The position numbers were made by a program, and so were the translations under genes. This document shows positions 12,973-25,000 of a stretch of 64,000 nt of DNA, piece by piece (positions within the stretch are counted from its first letter, which is position 1; every line of letters starts with the position of its first letter). The stretch covers positions 64,668,001-64,732,000 of the forward strand of contig NC_086108.1 of the NCBI RefSeq assembly GCF_963921235.1, written 5' to 3'. The notes beneath the pieces are model-generated. The model had not been told where the DNA came from. It ran no database searches and was given only the letters and a program-made list of their open reading frames with translations. Origin of the DNA: Mobula hypostoma (Eukaryota).

Positions 12973-13944
12973 TACCTCTTCCTATAGTTGCTGCCTGGCC
13001 TGCTGCATTCACCAGCAACTTTTATCTGCAGAATTCCTCGTGTTTGCAACCTCCAGTTTTGTTTTTTTTTCCTGCAGTTACTGTGCTTCACATTTGTTCA
13101 GTATAGCTTCAGATGGTCTAGTTCAGATTTTCATTCAGTTTAAATTCTAACAAGTGGAACCACTGAGTACTGGTGCCAGAATTCAGGATTTAGACTAAAT
13201 AATTCAGGAGTACATTGCCTGAATCATTGAAGTACCATGTGAGGTGTAAGAAACACTATAAACATTCATAAGCAGTGATTTCACCTGGAAGACTGTACGA
13301 AGGTTTAAAATAGAAAAGTCTACCTGCACTTTATCTCAATAGCTGTCATGAATTTTTCCACAGATAGTTGCCCAACTTTGTGCACAGAAACTTGTTTTTG
13401 TCAGGAATTAAATTGCACTTGGGTGTGAGCTAACCACTTACATTTCATACAGATGTGTGTGAGCATTGAAAGATACTGAGTGGTTGTACATCGAATTCAG
13501 TTTATATAAAACATTGCATTTGTGGCTGCCTAATCTCTTACCACACAATGCCTCCAGATAAACTGATGGTAACTTTAATGCAATGTCACATGCAAATGTA
13601 ATCAAAGTGATTTGGATAAATGAAAGAAGGAAGAGAAATAAGTGGTTTATATTGAATAGCATCTTGTCTATGGCCATTTCACTGTAGATATGATTATTTA
13701 TATTAGGACAGTCCCTAAAGGTTATTTGACAGCAAATTTTGTATTTCTTCATGGTAATATGCACTTCTGCTTTAGGAAAACATTAAATTTAGCATTGCTT
13801 TAACAGGAAAACTTTCTGTTGACATTTTAAAAATGCTGTTAAGATATATTCTTTAGTTTTTCATGCTTAAGTGCCTGCGTTGTTGTAACTTCAAATGGCT
13901 CAAGCAATTGGAGTTGATTTCTTTGCTACTACCATTATATTACA

Positions 13945-14140
13945 ACGTGTATGGAAATGAGTAAACAGTTGATGTTTTAGGCTGAGACCCTTCATCTGGA
14001 CAGGGTGCCCTCATGAAGAGTGTTAGCCCAAAATGTTGACTGTTCACTCTTCCACAGATGCCGTCTTACTTGCTGAGCTCCTCCAACATTTTGTGTGTTG
14101 CTTTGGATTTCCAACATCTGCAGATGTTCTCATGTTTGTG
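13945..14140. mobile_element. Fold-back PLE terminal pair with two degenerate hammerhead motifs in opposite orientation
   Basis: Minus-strand motif at ~13968-14004 (gtccagatgaagggtctcagcctaaaacatcaactg) abuts a plus-strand motif at ~14009-14042 followed by the PLE tail. Confidence 0.75.
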
Positions 14141-14689
14141 ACCATTACATTACCTTTTCTTTTCAGTGTGTTAGTGTGGATGGCTTCTCTGACATTGGGT
14201 GTAACTAGGCAGTGCCCCAAGAAGGATTAAGTACAAACTGATATACTGGAACAAGGAAAAACTTCTTCAAAGAAGTAGTTTTCTTTTTCTTAAAATTTAT
14301 TATTTCACATTCTAAATCTGTCTTCTCATATTCCATTTCCTGATTTTAGAACTTTTATCGTTGTCTTCCATAACCAAACATGTACATATCTCCGAGCTTG
14401 GTCTTCATTGATTTTACTCTTTTTTTTTAATTGTTTCAGCTCTTTGCATCTATTTGATTCTCATTGTATTTCTCTTTCTCTCACTAATACCTTGCAATTG
14501 ATTCCAGAGTAAAACAATTTAATCCAAGTTCACCGCCAGTCAGGGCAAAAGCTTCTGTCATTTGGTGTCAATTTTCAGGAAAAAAAACATGAGCTGTAAA
14601 TTCACAATTTCTAGGGTGGGTTTCCTTTATGGGTGCTCTGGAATAACCTGGCTCTGCCTATATATTTTATTAATTCATTCATTTTTTTG

Positions 14690-15205
14690 AGAAGTGGGCA
14701 TACATTTATTGCCCGTCCCTAAATTCCCTTAAGAAGGTGAGGGTGAGAAACCATCTTGAACCACTGCAATTCTTTTGGTGAAGGTGCTCCCACTGTGCCG
14801 TTGGGTAGGGAGTTCCAGGGTTTATGCCCAGTCATGACACCATGGTGATAGATTTCGAAGTCAAGATGTATGTAATTATTAGGGGTTATGCAGGTGGTGA
14901 TGTACCAGTGCACCTGAAGCATTTGTCATCCTTTTGTGGAATTATTTGCAGATTTGACAGGTCCCTTTGGACTAGCCAAGCCGAGTGATAGAAGGGTAAT
15001 TTATAAATGGTACACGGTGCATCTGTGATGGAAGAAATAAATGTTTCAAGTAGTGGGTAGATTATAGTCAAACAGCCTGCCCTGCCCTGAATGGTGTCAA
15101 GTGTTTAACATGTTGGTGGCGCTGGAATCATTTAAACAAACAGAGATTATTTGACTTTGTACTTTCTAAATAGTGGAAAGACTTTAGGGTGTCAGGAGGT
15201 GACTC
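14690..15205 (-). mobile_element. CR1/L2-group LINE 3' end, decayed
   Basis: Minus-strand ORF ending KPWNSLPNGTVGAPSPKELQWFKMVSHPHLLKGI, followed by gggcaataaa. Confidence 0.7.
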
Positions 15206-15370
15206 GGGGTAATTGGTAAAGTTGGTAAATTTAGCAATTTACCAATTTTAGGAACAGAGGCTGGAGAATGGCATGTGGAGTTTTGGTGACTTGCATTTTA
15301 TTGTTGCAGGGACTGATTTGGGGAGGGGCTTCACCAGTGCAGAATGACAGAAAGCATATGGAGCTGTGAA

Positions 15371-15855
15371 GTTTAATGTTCAAAGTAAATTTATGATCAT
15401 AGTACATATATGTCACCATACACAACCCAGAGATTCATTTAATTGCAGGCGTACTCAATACATACAATAACCATAATAGAATCAATGAAAGGCCGCATCA
15501 ATACAGCAAGCAACCAATGTACAAAAGACAACAAACTGCAAATACAAAAATAGAGAAAAATAATAATAATACTTAATAAGTAAATAAACAATAAATATTG
15601 AGGACATGAGATGAACAGACAATGCAAGTTTGTCCATAGGTTGTGGGAACTGTTCAGGGGCAAATTAAGTTATCCCCTCTGGTTCAAGAACCTAATGGCT
15701 GAGAGGTGATAATTGTTCCTGAACCTGATGGAGTGAGTCCTAAAGCTCCTGTACTTCTTCCTGGTGGCAGCAGTGAGAAGAGAGCATGTCCTGGATGGTG
15801 GGGGTCCCTTATGATGGATGCTGCTTTCCTGTGACAACGCTCTGTTTAGATGTGT
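15371..15855 (-). mobile_element. Rex1-like LINE 3' end and UTR
   Basis: Minus strand reads ...KAASIIRDPHHPGHALFSLLPPGRSTG.... The tail ending aataaatttactttgaac matches 50433-50628. Confidence 0.75.
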
Positions 15856-18257
15856 GATGGGTGTGTCCAGAGTTTTGGAGATTGACAGAAAGCATCTTTA
15901 GTTGTTAATTGTCAAACATGGAAACTGGTAGGGATAGAGTATGAAGCTACGGAGAGTGACTAAAAGAGGCAATTATTGATATAAAATATTCCAATTGGTT
16001 ATTTCAACTGGAAACTGGCATTTTCTATTGCATCACATAAATTGCTTTGGTTGAATCTGATTCTTTTGCTTATGTCAAAGGTGACAGTGCAGAGATTATG
16101 TGAGAATATGATTGAAGGGCAGTGGCTTCTCATTCTAGGATCTGATTCATTAAAAATATTGTGATTGTTTTCATTCACTGTCAGTTTTACAAACTTGCAA
16201 AATCTTTAATACGGTGTGTAGGTAAAAACATTCATTGAAGCTTTACCTTTATTTAATGTTCACTATAGGCAGAATATGCAGTTCTTTTGATGCACTGAGA
16301 TGACTGTGGAGAGAAGCAGCAGGGGTTCCATAGTAAACTTTGTTCAGTCACCCCGAATGTTTTACTGACTGCATATTAAATACAGTTGGTTTAAAGTGAT
16401 ACCATATCCACACAAACATAAATTAATCACTTTAGCAGGTGATTTAATAGTCAAGAAGATGATCAGAAATTATTCACAGCTGAACCTCACGGGCATTGTT
16501 CAGAACCCCAGAGTGACTGAAAGTGCATCAGTACTGAGTTCTAATTATCTACTCAGGAGTTATCTAGTTAGTAGTTTATTACTTCAGATGAATAAACATT
16601 GGTTGGTCATTTTAATGTGCTTGTACAAAATAAATCACTAAAAATCTAAATTTAACCCCTGTAGAGTTTGTGGCAGAAGAAAGCGATAAGAAATATAGAA
16701 TAATGGAGATTAATACTGTGAGGGACAGTGACTGTAATACTTGAGAGGCTAGCATAAATTATAAGGCTCGTGACTGATTCCTCTTTCGATTCCATTCTAG
16801 TTCTTTTCAGGTCTTTTTACATGTATAAAAAAATAATTTTATTAAATGTATAATATAATCTCTGATTATAATTTCCTTGATATCAGTGAGGGTTGGTGTG
16901 CAGTGATTACTTTGGATGAAGCAACTATTTCATTCAGTAGAAAATTTGATTTGGGGGCTACAACTTTTTATTAGACAACTAAGAGATACTCCTTCTTTCA
17001 TAGGGTTGTGAATCTTTTGAATTCTCTGCATATCTGGTGCTGATAAATGGCAACGCTTTGCATGCAGTTCCAAGGGGAATCATCCAATATTCCCATTTAG
17101 GACTACTACAGTTGGAATCCACAGTCACATCCATGGGTACTTCAGTAAGCAATATCGCTTTAAGATGTTTTTTAAAAAATCCATTGATACTTAAAATCAG
17201 TGGGTCCCGGATCGTCGCAGTTCCCTTTTCAGCAAACAGAAGTGGGAACAGTGCACCGGTGTACAGGTATCATTGAAATACAGAGACCTCAGATTCCCAC
17301 TCCTAACTATCATTCTGGCGAATGTGCAGTGTCTGGAAAATAAAATGGAAGACCAAGTTTGCTGCACCAGAGGGACATCAGGAACTGCTGTGTACTTTGC
17401 TTCATGGGAATACGGCTCTCCCTCACTGTTTTGGATGCAGCGCTGCAGCCTTATGTCTTCACCATTCTCTGCAAAGACAGGGCGGCTCAGTTTTTAAATA
17501 TAAAGGAGGTAGAGTATGCTTTATGATTACTTATCATGGTGCACAGATGTGGCGGTTCAGTCTCGGTCCTGCTCACTCAACTTGGAATGTCTCGCGGTTA
17601 AATGTCATCTATTTCATCTGCCAAGGAGGCTTTCCGCCATTATCCCGGTAGCGGTGTACATTCCATCTCAGTCCAACATCAGGCAGTCACTGGATGAACT
17701 GAGCACTGTGATCAGCAGTCACAAAACACTGTGTTGTGATGCCTTCCTGATTATTGTGGGGATTTCAACCAGGTCAGCTTGAAGAAATCTCTGAACAATT
17801 ACCACCAGCATATCACCTGTGGAACCAGAGAAGCCAACTCACTTGACCACTGTTATACTACCATCAAGAATGCTTACCATACCATCCCACGTCCACACTT
17901 TGTAAAGTCTGATCATCTGGCTGTACTTCTACTCCCAGCGTACAGGCAGAGATTAAAGACCACAGTAGCTGTGGTGAGAACCAAGAAAGTATGGTCAAAG
18001 GAGGTGGAAGAGGGCTTACAAGACATTTTTGAGTCAGTGGACTTAACAATATTCAGAGATTTGTCTTTGAATCTGAATGAATAGGCCAAGTTGTCACCGA
18101 CTTCATCAAGACCTGTGTGGATATGTGTGTGCCTTTGAGAACATACTGAACATACCCAAACCAAGAGCCATGAACGAACCAGGAGATTCATAGACTGCTG
18201 AGGGCTAAGTCTGTAGCATTCAAGACCAATGATCCAGAACTGTAGAAGAAATCTAAA

Positions 18258-18361
18258 CAACACACATAAAAGTTGCTGGTGAACGCAGCAGGCCAGGCAG
18301 CATCTCTAGGAAGAGGTGCAGTCGATGTTTCAGGCCGAGACTCTTTGTCAGGACTAACTGA
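18258..18361 (-). mobile_element. 104-bp PLE terminal module with degenerate hammerhead (18319-18355) inserted in Rex1
   Basis: Reverse complement of the 12930-13020 terminus. Perfect 12-bp direct repeat aagaaatctaaa at 18246-18257 and 18362-18373. Confidence 0.85.
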
Positions 18362-18450
18362 AAGAAATCTAAATGTGACTTACAGAAGGCTGTTTTAAGA
18401 GTGAAAATTTTAAAAAATTATTGTTGAGATAGGACAGCGAATCAAATATT

Positions 18451-18607
18451 GGCTTGTGGCAAGATAGTTCAGGTGTTAGACTAGTGATCTGAAAGTCACA
18501 AGTGCGAGCCTCAGCTGAGGCAGCGTGTTGTGCCCTTGAGCAAGGCACATTGCTCCTGCATGTTTATAGCCCAGCGGCGGCGGTTGGTGCAGTATGGACA
18601 AGACAAG
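18451..18607 (+). mobile_element. Short tRNA-derived SINE (CORE-like motif) inserted in Rex1
   Basis: Degenerate A/B boxes (tggcaagatagtt; agtgcgagcc), tgtgcccttgagcaaggcac and an (acaag)2 tail. Rex1 sequence resumes after it. Confidence 0.6.
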
Positions 18608-21600
18608 AAATGCATGTCATCTCTGGCAGGGTTTGCTGGCCATTACTTCCTTTTAAAAAGTGAAACCTAACATCAGTAATGGCTGTGATGTTTCACACCC
18701 AGATGAGCTCAACTGTTTGAAAGGGTGAAGAATACTACATCAGTGTGAAATCTGCAGAAATTGGTGACGCTGTGATCTCAATCTTGGAGGCCGACATCAG
18801 AACATCTTTCAAGTGTGTGAACCCTCACAAGGCATCGTGCCCTGGTGATCTACCTGGTAAGAATCTGAAAGCCTATTGCAACCAGCTGGCGGGTGTGTTC
18901 AAGGACATCTTCAATCTCTCACTGCTACAGTCGGAGATTTCAACCTGTTTCAAAAGAGTAACAATTAAACCATTGCTCAACAAGAGCAGAGTGAGCTGCC
19001 TCAATGACTGTCACCCAGTGGCACTCACATCTACTGCAATGAAATGCTTTGAGAAATTGGTCATGGTTAAAATCAACTCCTGCCTAAGCAAGGAACTGGA
19101 CCTGCAGCAATTTGCCTATCGCCCCAATAGGTCTACAGTAGATGCAATCTCACTGGTTCCCTATTCTACCTAGGATCACCTGGAAAATAGCAATACCTAT
19201 GTCAAGCTGCTGTTTATCGATTACAGCCCAGTATTCAACACAATTCTACCCTTGATTTTAATCAATAAGCTCCAAAACCTGGGCCTCTGTACCTCATTCT
19301 GCAACTGGATTCTTGACTTCCTCACCAGGAGACCACAGTCTGTGCAGATCGGAAATAATATCTCCTCCTCACTGACAGTCAACTCTTGTGCACCTCAAGG
19401 ATACATGGTTAGCCCATTGCTCAACTCTTTCTACACCTGTGAATGTGTGGCTAGGCAGAGCTCAAACACCATCTATAAATTTCAGATGGTGATGAGGAGG
19501 CATACAGGAAGGAGTTAGATCAACTGATTGAGTGGTGTCACATTAACAACATAGCAGTCAATGTCACTAAGACCAAGGAATTGATGTGAACTTCAGAAAG
19601 GGTAAGTTGAGGAAAAACACACCAATTCTCACCGAGGGTTCGGCAGTGGAAAGTGTGAACAGTTTCAAGTTCCTGAAGGCACAACATCTCTGAAGATCTA
19701 TCCTGGGCCCAATATAGTGATGCATTACAAAGAAGGCACAACAACAGCTATATTTCATTAGGAGTTTGAGGAGACTTGGTTTGTCACCAATGACATTCAC
19801 AAATTTCTAATGATGTACCATGGAGACCGTTCTAACTGATTGCATCACTGTATGGTAAGGAGGGGCCACTGCACAGGATTGGAAAAAGCTGCAGAAAGTT
19901 GTAAGCTCAGCCAATTCAATCATGGACACTAGCCTCCCCAGCACTGAGGACCCTTTCAAAAAGTGATGTTTCAAGAAGACAGTATCTATAATTAAGGACC
20001 CCCTTCACCAAGGACATCGCTACCATCAACGAGGAGGTACAGGAGTCTGAAGACACACACTCAATGCTTTAGGTTCTTCCCCTTTACCATCAAATTTCTG
20101 AATCCATGAAGTCTACCTCACTTTTTTCCTGTCTCTTTTTGCATAACTGATTTAATTTAATGTTTTAATATATACTTACTGTAATTTATAGTTTTTTATT
20201 ACTTTATATTGCAATGCAATGCTGTTGGAAAACAACAAATTTCATGACAATGATATTAAACCTGATTCTGATTCTAATTAAGAATCATTTTCCAACATAC
20301 AAAATTGTAATAGACTTTATTTAATTGCTTGGAATACTGGTTATGGGTTTTAAGCAGGACAGTGGAGTTAAGACCACCGATCGGACCCGAGGGGCACTTC
20401 AGCTTGCACCTGCTCCCATTTACTGTGTTGTTACATTTACTAAATACTACTGATGTATGTAGACAACATCAGACACGCAAGTCTCTCTCATTCATCTGCA
20501 CTCCAAAGTGTAAATGATTTGACATTTATGGGATTGACTGTATCTGAGGCCCATGAAGGTGTGGATTTACAAATATGCTGTCAGGTTGAAGCTGTTTGTT
20601 GAAGAGATTAAACATGGAAGAGTTAATTTTAAACATTTGCACTTTGGATCTCTGCAGTGAATACAAACCCAAAACAGCTTTGCATTCCAAGTTTGAAGCA
20701 TAATATGATAGAATTATACAGTTACGCCTCTGAAAATGGGATTTAAAAAAAACTTTTAGTAATTGGAACTAAATGTCATCAAGTTCTAAAATCTATTTGC
20801 TGCAAGCATGTTTTTCCTTCATTATAGTAAATTCAGATATTCACTATCTTATGTAATATTAAATACACAGCAGGGACAGATGAAACAACTTAAAGTAGTT
20901 TTTTAAACAAAAACAGTTGTTGAATATGATTCTAGATTTACCTTACTTGAAGAATTTTATGGTTTATGCTAATTAAGGTTAATATTCAATTTACAATGTG
21001 TCTTGGAGCAATTTGGTGAATTAGGTTAACAGAGGGAGATAAAGAAATGGACAATTAGCACACTGCATTTCAAAGTGAATATGGTTTTTCTTTTGCATGT
21101 GGTGTGAGTAGTATATAAGTGGTTGCGTGACTGCCAGTAGTCAGGCTTAACCAGGGTATAGTGTAGTGAGTGATCAAATTTCTTTGAGATGGAAGTACTG
21201 TACAGAGAATTTTCAAGCAGGGTCAGGTCTAATCATCTCAGCTGCCACGAAGTCTGCTTTCTGCATTGTATCTGAGCACTGCCCACAGGGAATGATTTCC
21301 CAAAATGAGGACCTTACACCTAACACTGCATATGGAATAGTATATGGCAGTGTGGAGATTAGACAGGAATGCTGAACTTGGAAACGTGGCAGTTTACAGC
21401 TCGGTATGGTTTGAATTATGACTCCTAAGCCACAATACGGAAAGACAACTGCAAACTGTGGTCTCTGCACAGTTTCTTTGAAATAAAAAACAAACCACTT
21501 TCCTTATTTTTGAAAAACCGACCAATTTTCCTTTACTTACCAGAACATATGCTGCTACTAGTTGAATGTTCAGCACTTCAATTGACACCACAAAGTACTC

Positions 21601-21699
21601 AACATGGTAAACGAAATTCAGACCTATAGCTACTACTTAGAGAAACTTTCTTTTTTTCACCAACTGATTATTTGGATCGTTGCTGCAACCTGGCATACC

Positions 21700-22035
21700 C
21701 ACACACTTTGCATGCTTTGAAGGGAGGATAACACTACATCTCTGCGAATCCCCACAGCATCTGGTGACCCTGAAATTGCTGTCTTGGAGGCCAATGTCAT
21801 GGCTTCCTTCAAAAGGATTAACCCTCTCAGGGCATCAGCTCTGATGTACCTGGCTAGGTACTGAAAATCTGTACTGACCTAATGTCTGGAGTGTTGAAGT
21901 ACATCTTCAGCCTATTACTGCTGTGGTCTGAAGTTCCCACCTGCTTCAAAAGGTTGGCAGTCATACCAATGCCCAAGAGGAGCAGGGTGAACAGCTCAAT
22001 GACTATCACCTGGTAGTACTCATTTCTACTGCAGT
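21700..22035 (+). mobile_element. Rex1 LINE, 5' part of a copy split by CR1 (continues at 26862)
   Basis: Homologous to 18715-19040. Ends at NDYHLVVLISTA, the equivalent of NDYRPVALTST. Confidence 0.8.
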
Positions 22036-25000
22036 ACAACTGCTGCCGTTCCACTCAAAAATAATTATACTATTTTGGATGCTGTTAGGCAGGATGACCT
22101 CTCAGAGGGGAGCTGGTTCTCTGGCATAGAGTCTGGCATTTTTGCTCAGAACGGAAGGGGGAAAAGAAGAGAACTGTAGTAGTGAATATGTGATTCCATA
22201 GATAGAGGAGCAGACACAAAATTCTGTGGATGTGTTAGAGACACCCAGGTGGTAATTTGCCTCCCAGGTACCAGGGTCAGGGACATCTCAGTTCGGGTCC
22301 GCAGCATTCTAAAGCCAGATTGTGAGTAGCCAGATATCTTGGTACATATTTGCACCAATGACAGAGAGAATTTAGGGAGCTAGGTAGAAAGCTGAAAAGC
22401 AGGACCTTCAGAGTAGTAAAACCTGGATTGCTGCCTGTGCCAGGTGCCAGTGAGGGTGAGAATAGGGTGATTTGGCAGATGAATAAGTGGCTGAGGAACT
22501 GATGCAGGGGGCAGTGTTTCAGATTTCTGGATTATTGGGATCTCTTCTGGGGAAGATATAACCAGTACAAGAGGGATGGGTTACAGCTAACCCCAAGGGA
22601 GACCAATGTTGTTGCAAGCAGGTTTACTAGAATTGTTGGGAGGTTTAAACAAATCGGGCAGGGGGATGGGAAATTGAGTGGTAGGACTGCGGATGGGTCA
22701 GTTGGTGTACAAGCAGAGGCAGTGTGTAATGAGACTGTCAGGAAGAACAGGCAGATGATAGGGCATAATCACAGTCAGTAGGACTAGTTGCAGTGAAATG
22801 GGGACAGAATTGAACAGCGTGATGCATACAGGACTGAAGATGTTATATTTGCATACACACAGTATACAGATTAAGGTAGGTGATTTTATAGCGTAGTTAG
22901 AGATTGATGTTGTGGGCATCACTGAGTCGTGCCTGAAAGAAGATCATAGTTGGGAGCATAACATCCATGGATACATATTCTGTCAGAAAGCCAGGCAGGC
23001 GGGCAGAGAGGCAGTTGGTAAAAAAATGAAATCAAATCCTTAGAAAGAAGTGACATAGGATCGGAAGATGTAACATTGTTGGTGGTTGAATTAAGAAACT
23101 GCAAGGGTACAAAGACACTGATGGGAGTTGTATACAAGCCGAAGAACAGTAGCCAGAATGTGGGCTGTAAATTACAATGGGAGACAGAAAATGCATGACA
23201 AAATGCCATTGTTTTGATATACATAGGAAATTTCAATGTGCAGGTAGACTGGGAGAATCGGGTTGGTGCTAATTTTAGATCCAAAGGAAGAATTTGTAGA
23301 ATGCCTACAAGATGGCTTTTTCGAACATTTTGTGGTTGAGCCCACTAGGGGATCAACTGTTCTGGATTGGATGTTGTGTGATGAACTGGATTTGATTAGG
23401 GAGCTTAAAGTAAAGGAACCCTTGGGAGGCAGTGATCATAATATGATCTAATTCACCCTGCAATTTGAGAAGGCAATGCTGAAGTCAAATTTATCAGTAT
23501 TACGGTGGAGTAAAGGGTATTACAGAGGCGTGAGACTGGAGCTGGCCAAAACTGATTGGAAAAGAACTCTGGCAGGGATGATGGCAGAGTAGCAATGGTT
23601 GGAATTTCTGGGAGCAACTCGGAAAATGCAGGATATATGCATCTCAAAGAGGAAGAAATATTCTAAAGACAGGATGATGCAACCATGGCTGACAGGGGAA
23701 GTCAAAGCCAACATAAAAACAAAACATAGAAACATAGAAAAGCTACAGCACAATACAGGCCCTTCGGCCCACAAAGCTGTGCCGAGCATGTCCTTACCTT
23801 AGAACTATCTAGGTTACCCATAGCCCTCTTATTTTTCTAAGCTCTATGTACCCATCCAGGAGTCTCTTAAAATACCCTCTCATTTCCACCTCCACCATCG
23901 CCGCCAGCAGCCCATTCCACACACTTGCCACTCTCTCAGTTTAAAAAAAAACTTACACCTGACATCTCCTCTGCACCTGCTTCCAAACACCTTAAAACTA
24001 TGCACTCTCATGCTAGCCATTTCAGCCCTGGGAAAAAGCCTCTGACTATCCACACAATCAGTGCCTCTCTTTATCTTGTACACCTCTGTCAGGTCACCTC
24101 TCATCCTCCGTCGCCCCAAGGAGAAAAGGCCGAGTTCACTCAACCTATTCTCGTAAGGCATGCTCCCCAATCCAGGCAACATCCTTGTAAATCTCTTCTG
24201 CACCCTTTCTGTGGTTTTCACGTCCTTCCTGTAGTGAGGCGACCAGAATTTAGCACAATACTCCAAGAGGGGTCTGATCAGGGTCCTGTATAGCTGCAAC
24301 ATTACCTCTCTGCTCTTAAACTCAATCCTATGAATGATGAAGGCCAATGCACCTTATGCCTTCTTAACCACAGAGTCAACTTGCGTAGCAGCTTTAAGTG
24401 TCCTATGGACTCAGACCCCAAGATCCCTCTGATCCTCCACACTGCCAAGAGTCTTGCCATTAATGCTATATTCTGCTATCACATTTGACCTACCAAAATA
24501 AACCACCTCACACTTATCTGGGTTGAACTCCATCTGCCACTTCTCAGCCCAGTTTTGCATGCTATCGATGTCCCGCTGTAACCTCTGACAACCCTCCACA
24601 CTATCCACAACACCCCCAACCTTTGTGTCATCAGCAAATTTACTAACCCATCCCTCCACTTCCTCAACCAGGTCATTTATAAAAATCACAAAGAGTAGGT
24701 GTCTCAGAACAGATCCCTGAGGCACACCACTGGTCACCGGCTTTCATGCAGAATATGACCTGTCTATAACCACTCTTTGCCTTCTGTGGGCAAGCCAGTT
24801 CTGGATCCACAAAGCAATGTCCCCTTGGGTCCCATGCTTCCTTACTTTTTCAATAAGCCTTGCAGGGGGTACCTTATCAAATGCCTTGCTAAAATCCATA
24901 TATACTACATCTACGGCTCTACTTTCATCAATGTGTTTAGTCACATTGTGAGGGCATATAATAGAGTAAGCATCAGTGGGAAGTTAGTGAAGTGGAAAGC

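Larger units (their letters stand above)
12363..13049 (+). mobile_element. Penelope-like element 3' fragment (GIY-YIG remnant, (CT)n tract, terminal repeat with hammerhead)
   Basis: YCVQCS*CGLLYIGETRRRLGDHFAEHLRSVRQRKQDLPVATHFNS. Flanked by near-TSD cctctagtttt (12352-12362) / cctccagtttt (13050-13060). Confidence 0.9.
17200..20275 (+). mobile_element. Near-full-length Rex1/Babar LINE (APE endonuclease plus RT), disrupted by stops, frameshifts and two insertions
   Basis: LTIILANVQCLENKMED, AVYIPSQ, LDHCYTTIKNAY...[77 protein letters not shown]. Tail attaaacctgattctgattct. Confidence 0.92.

Noticed and set aside
15210..15248. Short imperfect palindrome aattggtaaagttggtaaatttagcaatttaccaatt
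   Set aside because: Low-complexity and AT-rich, with no TSD or second copy seen.
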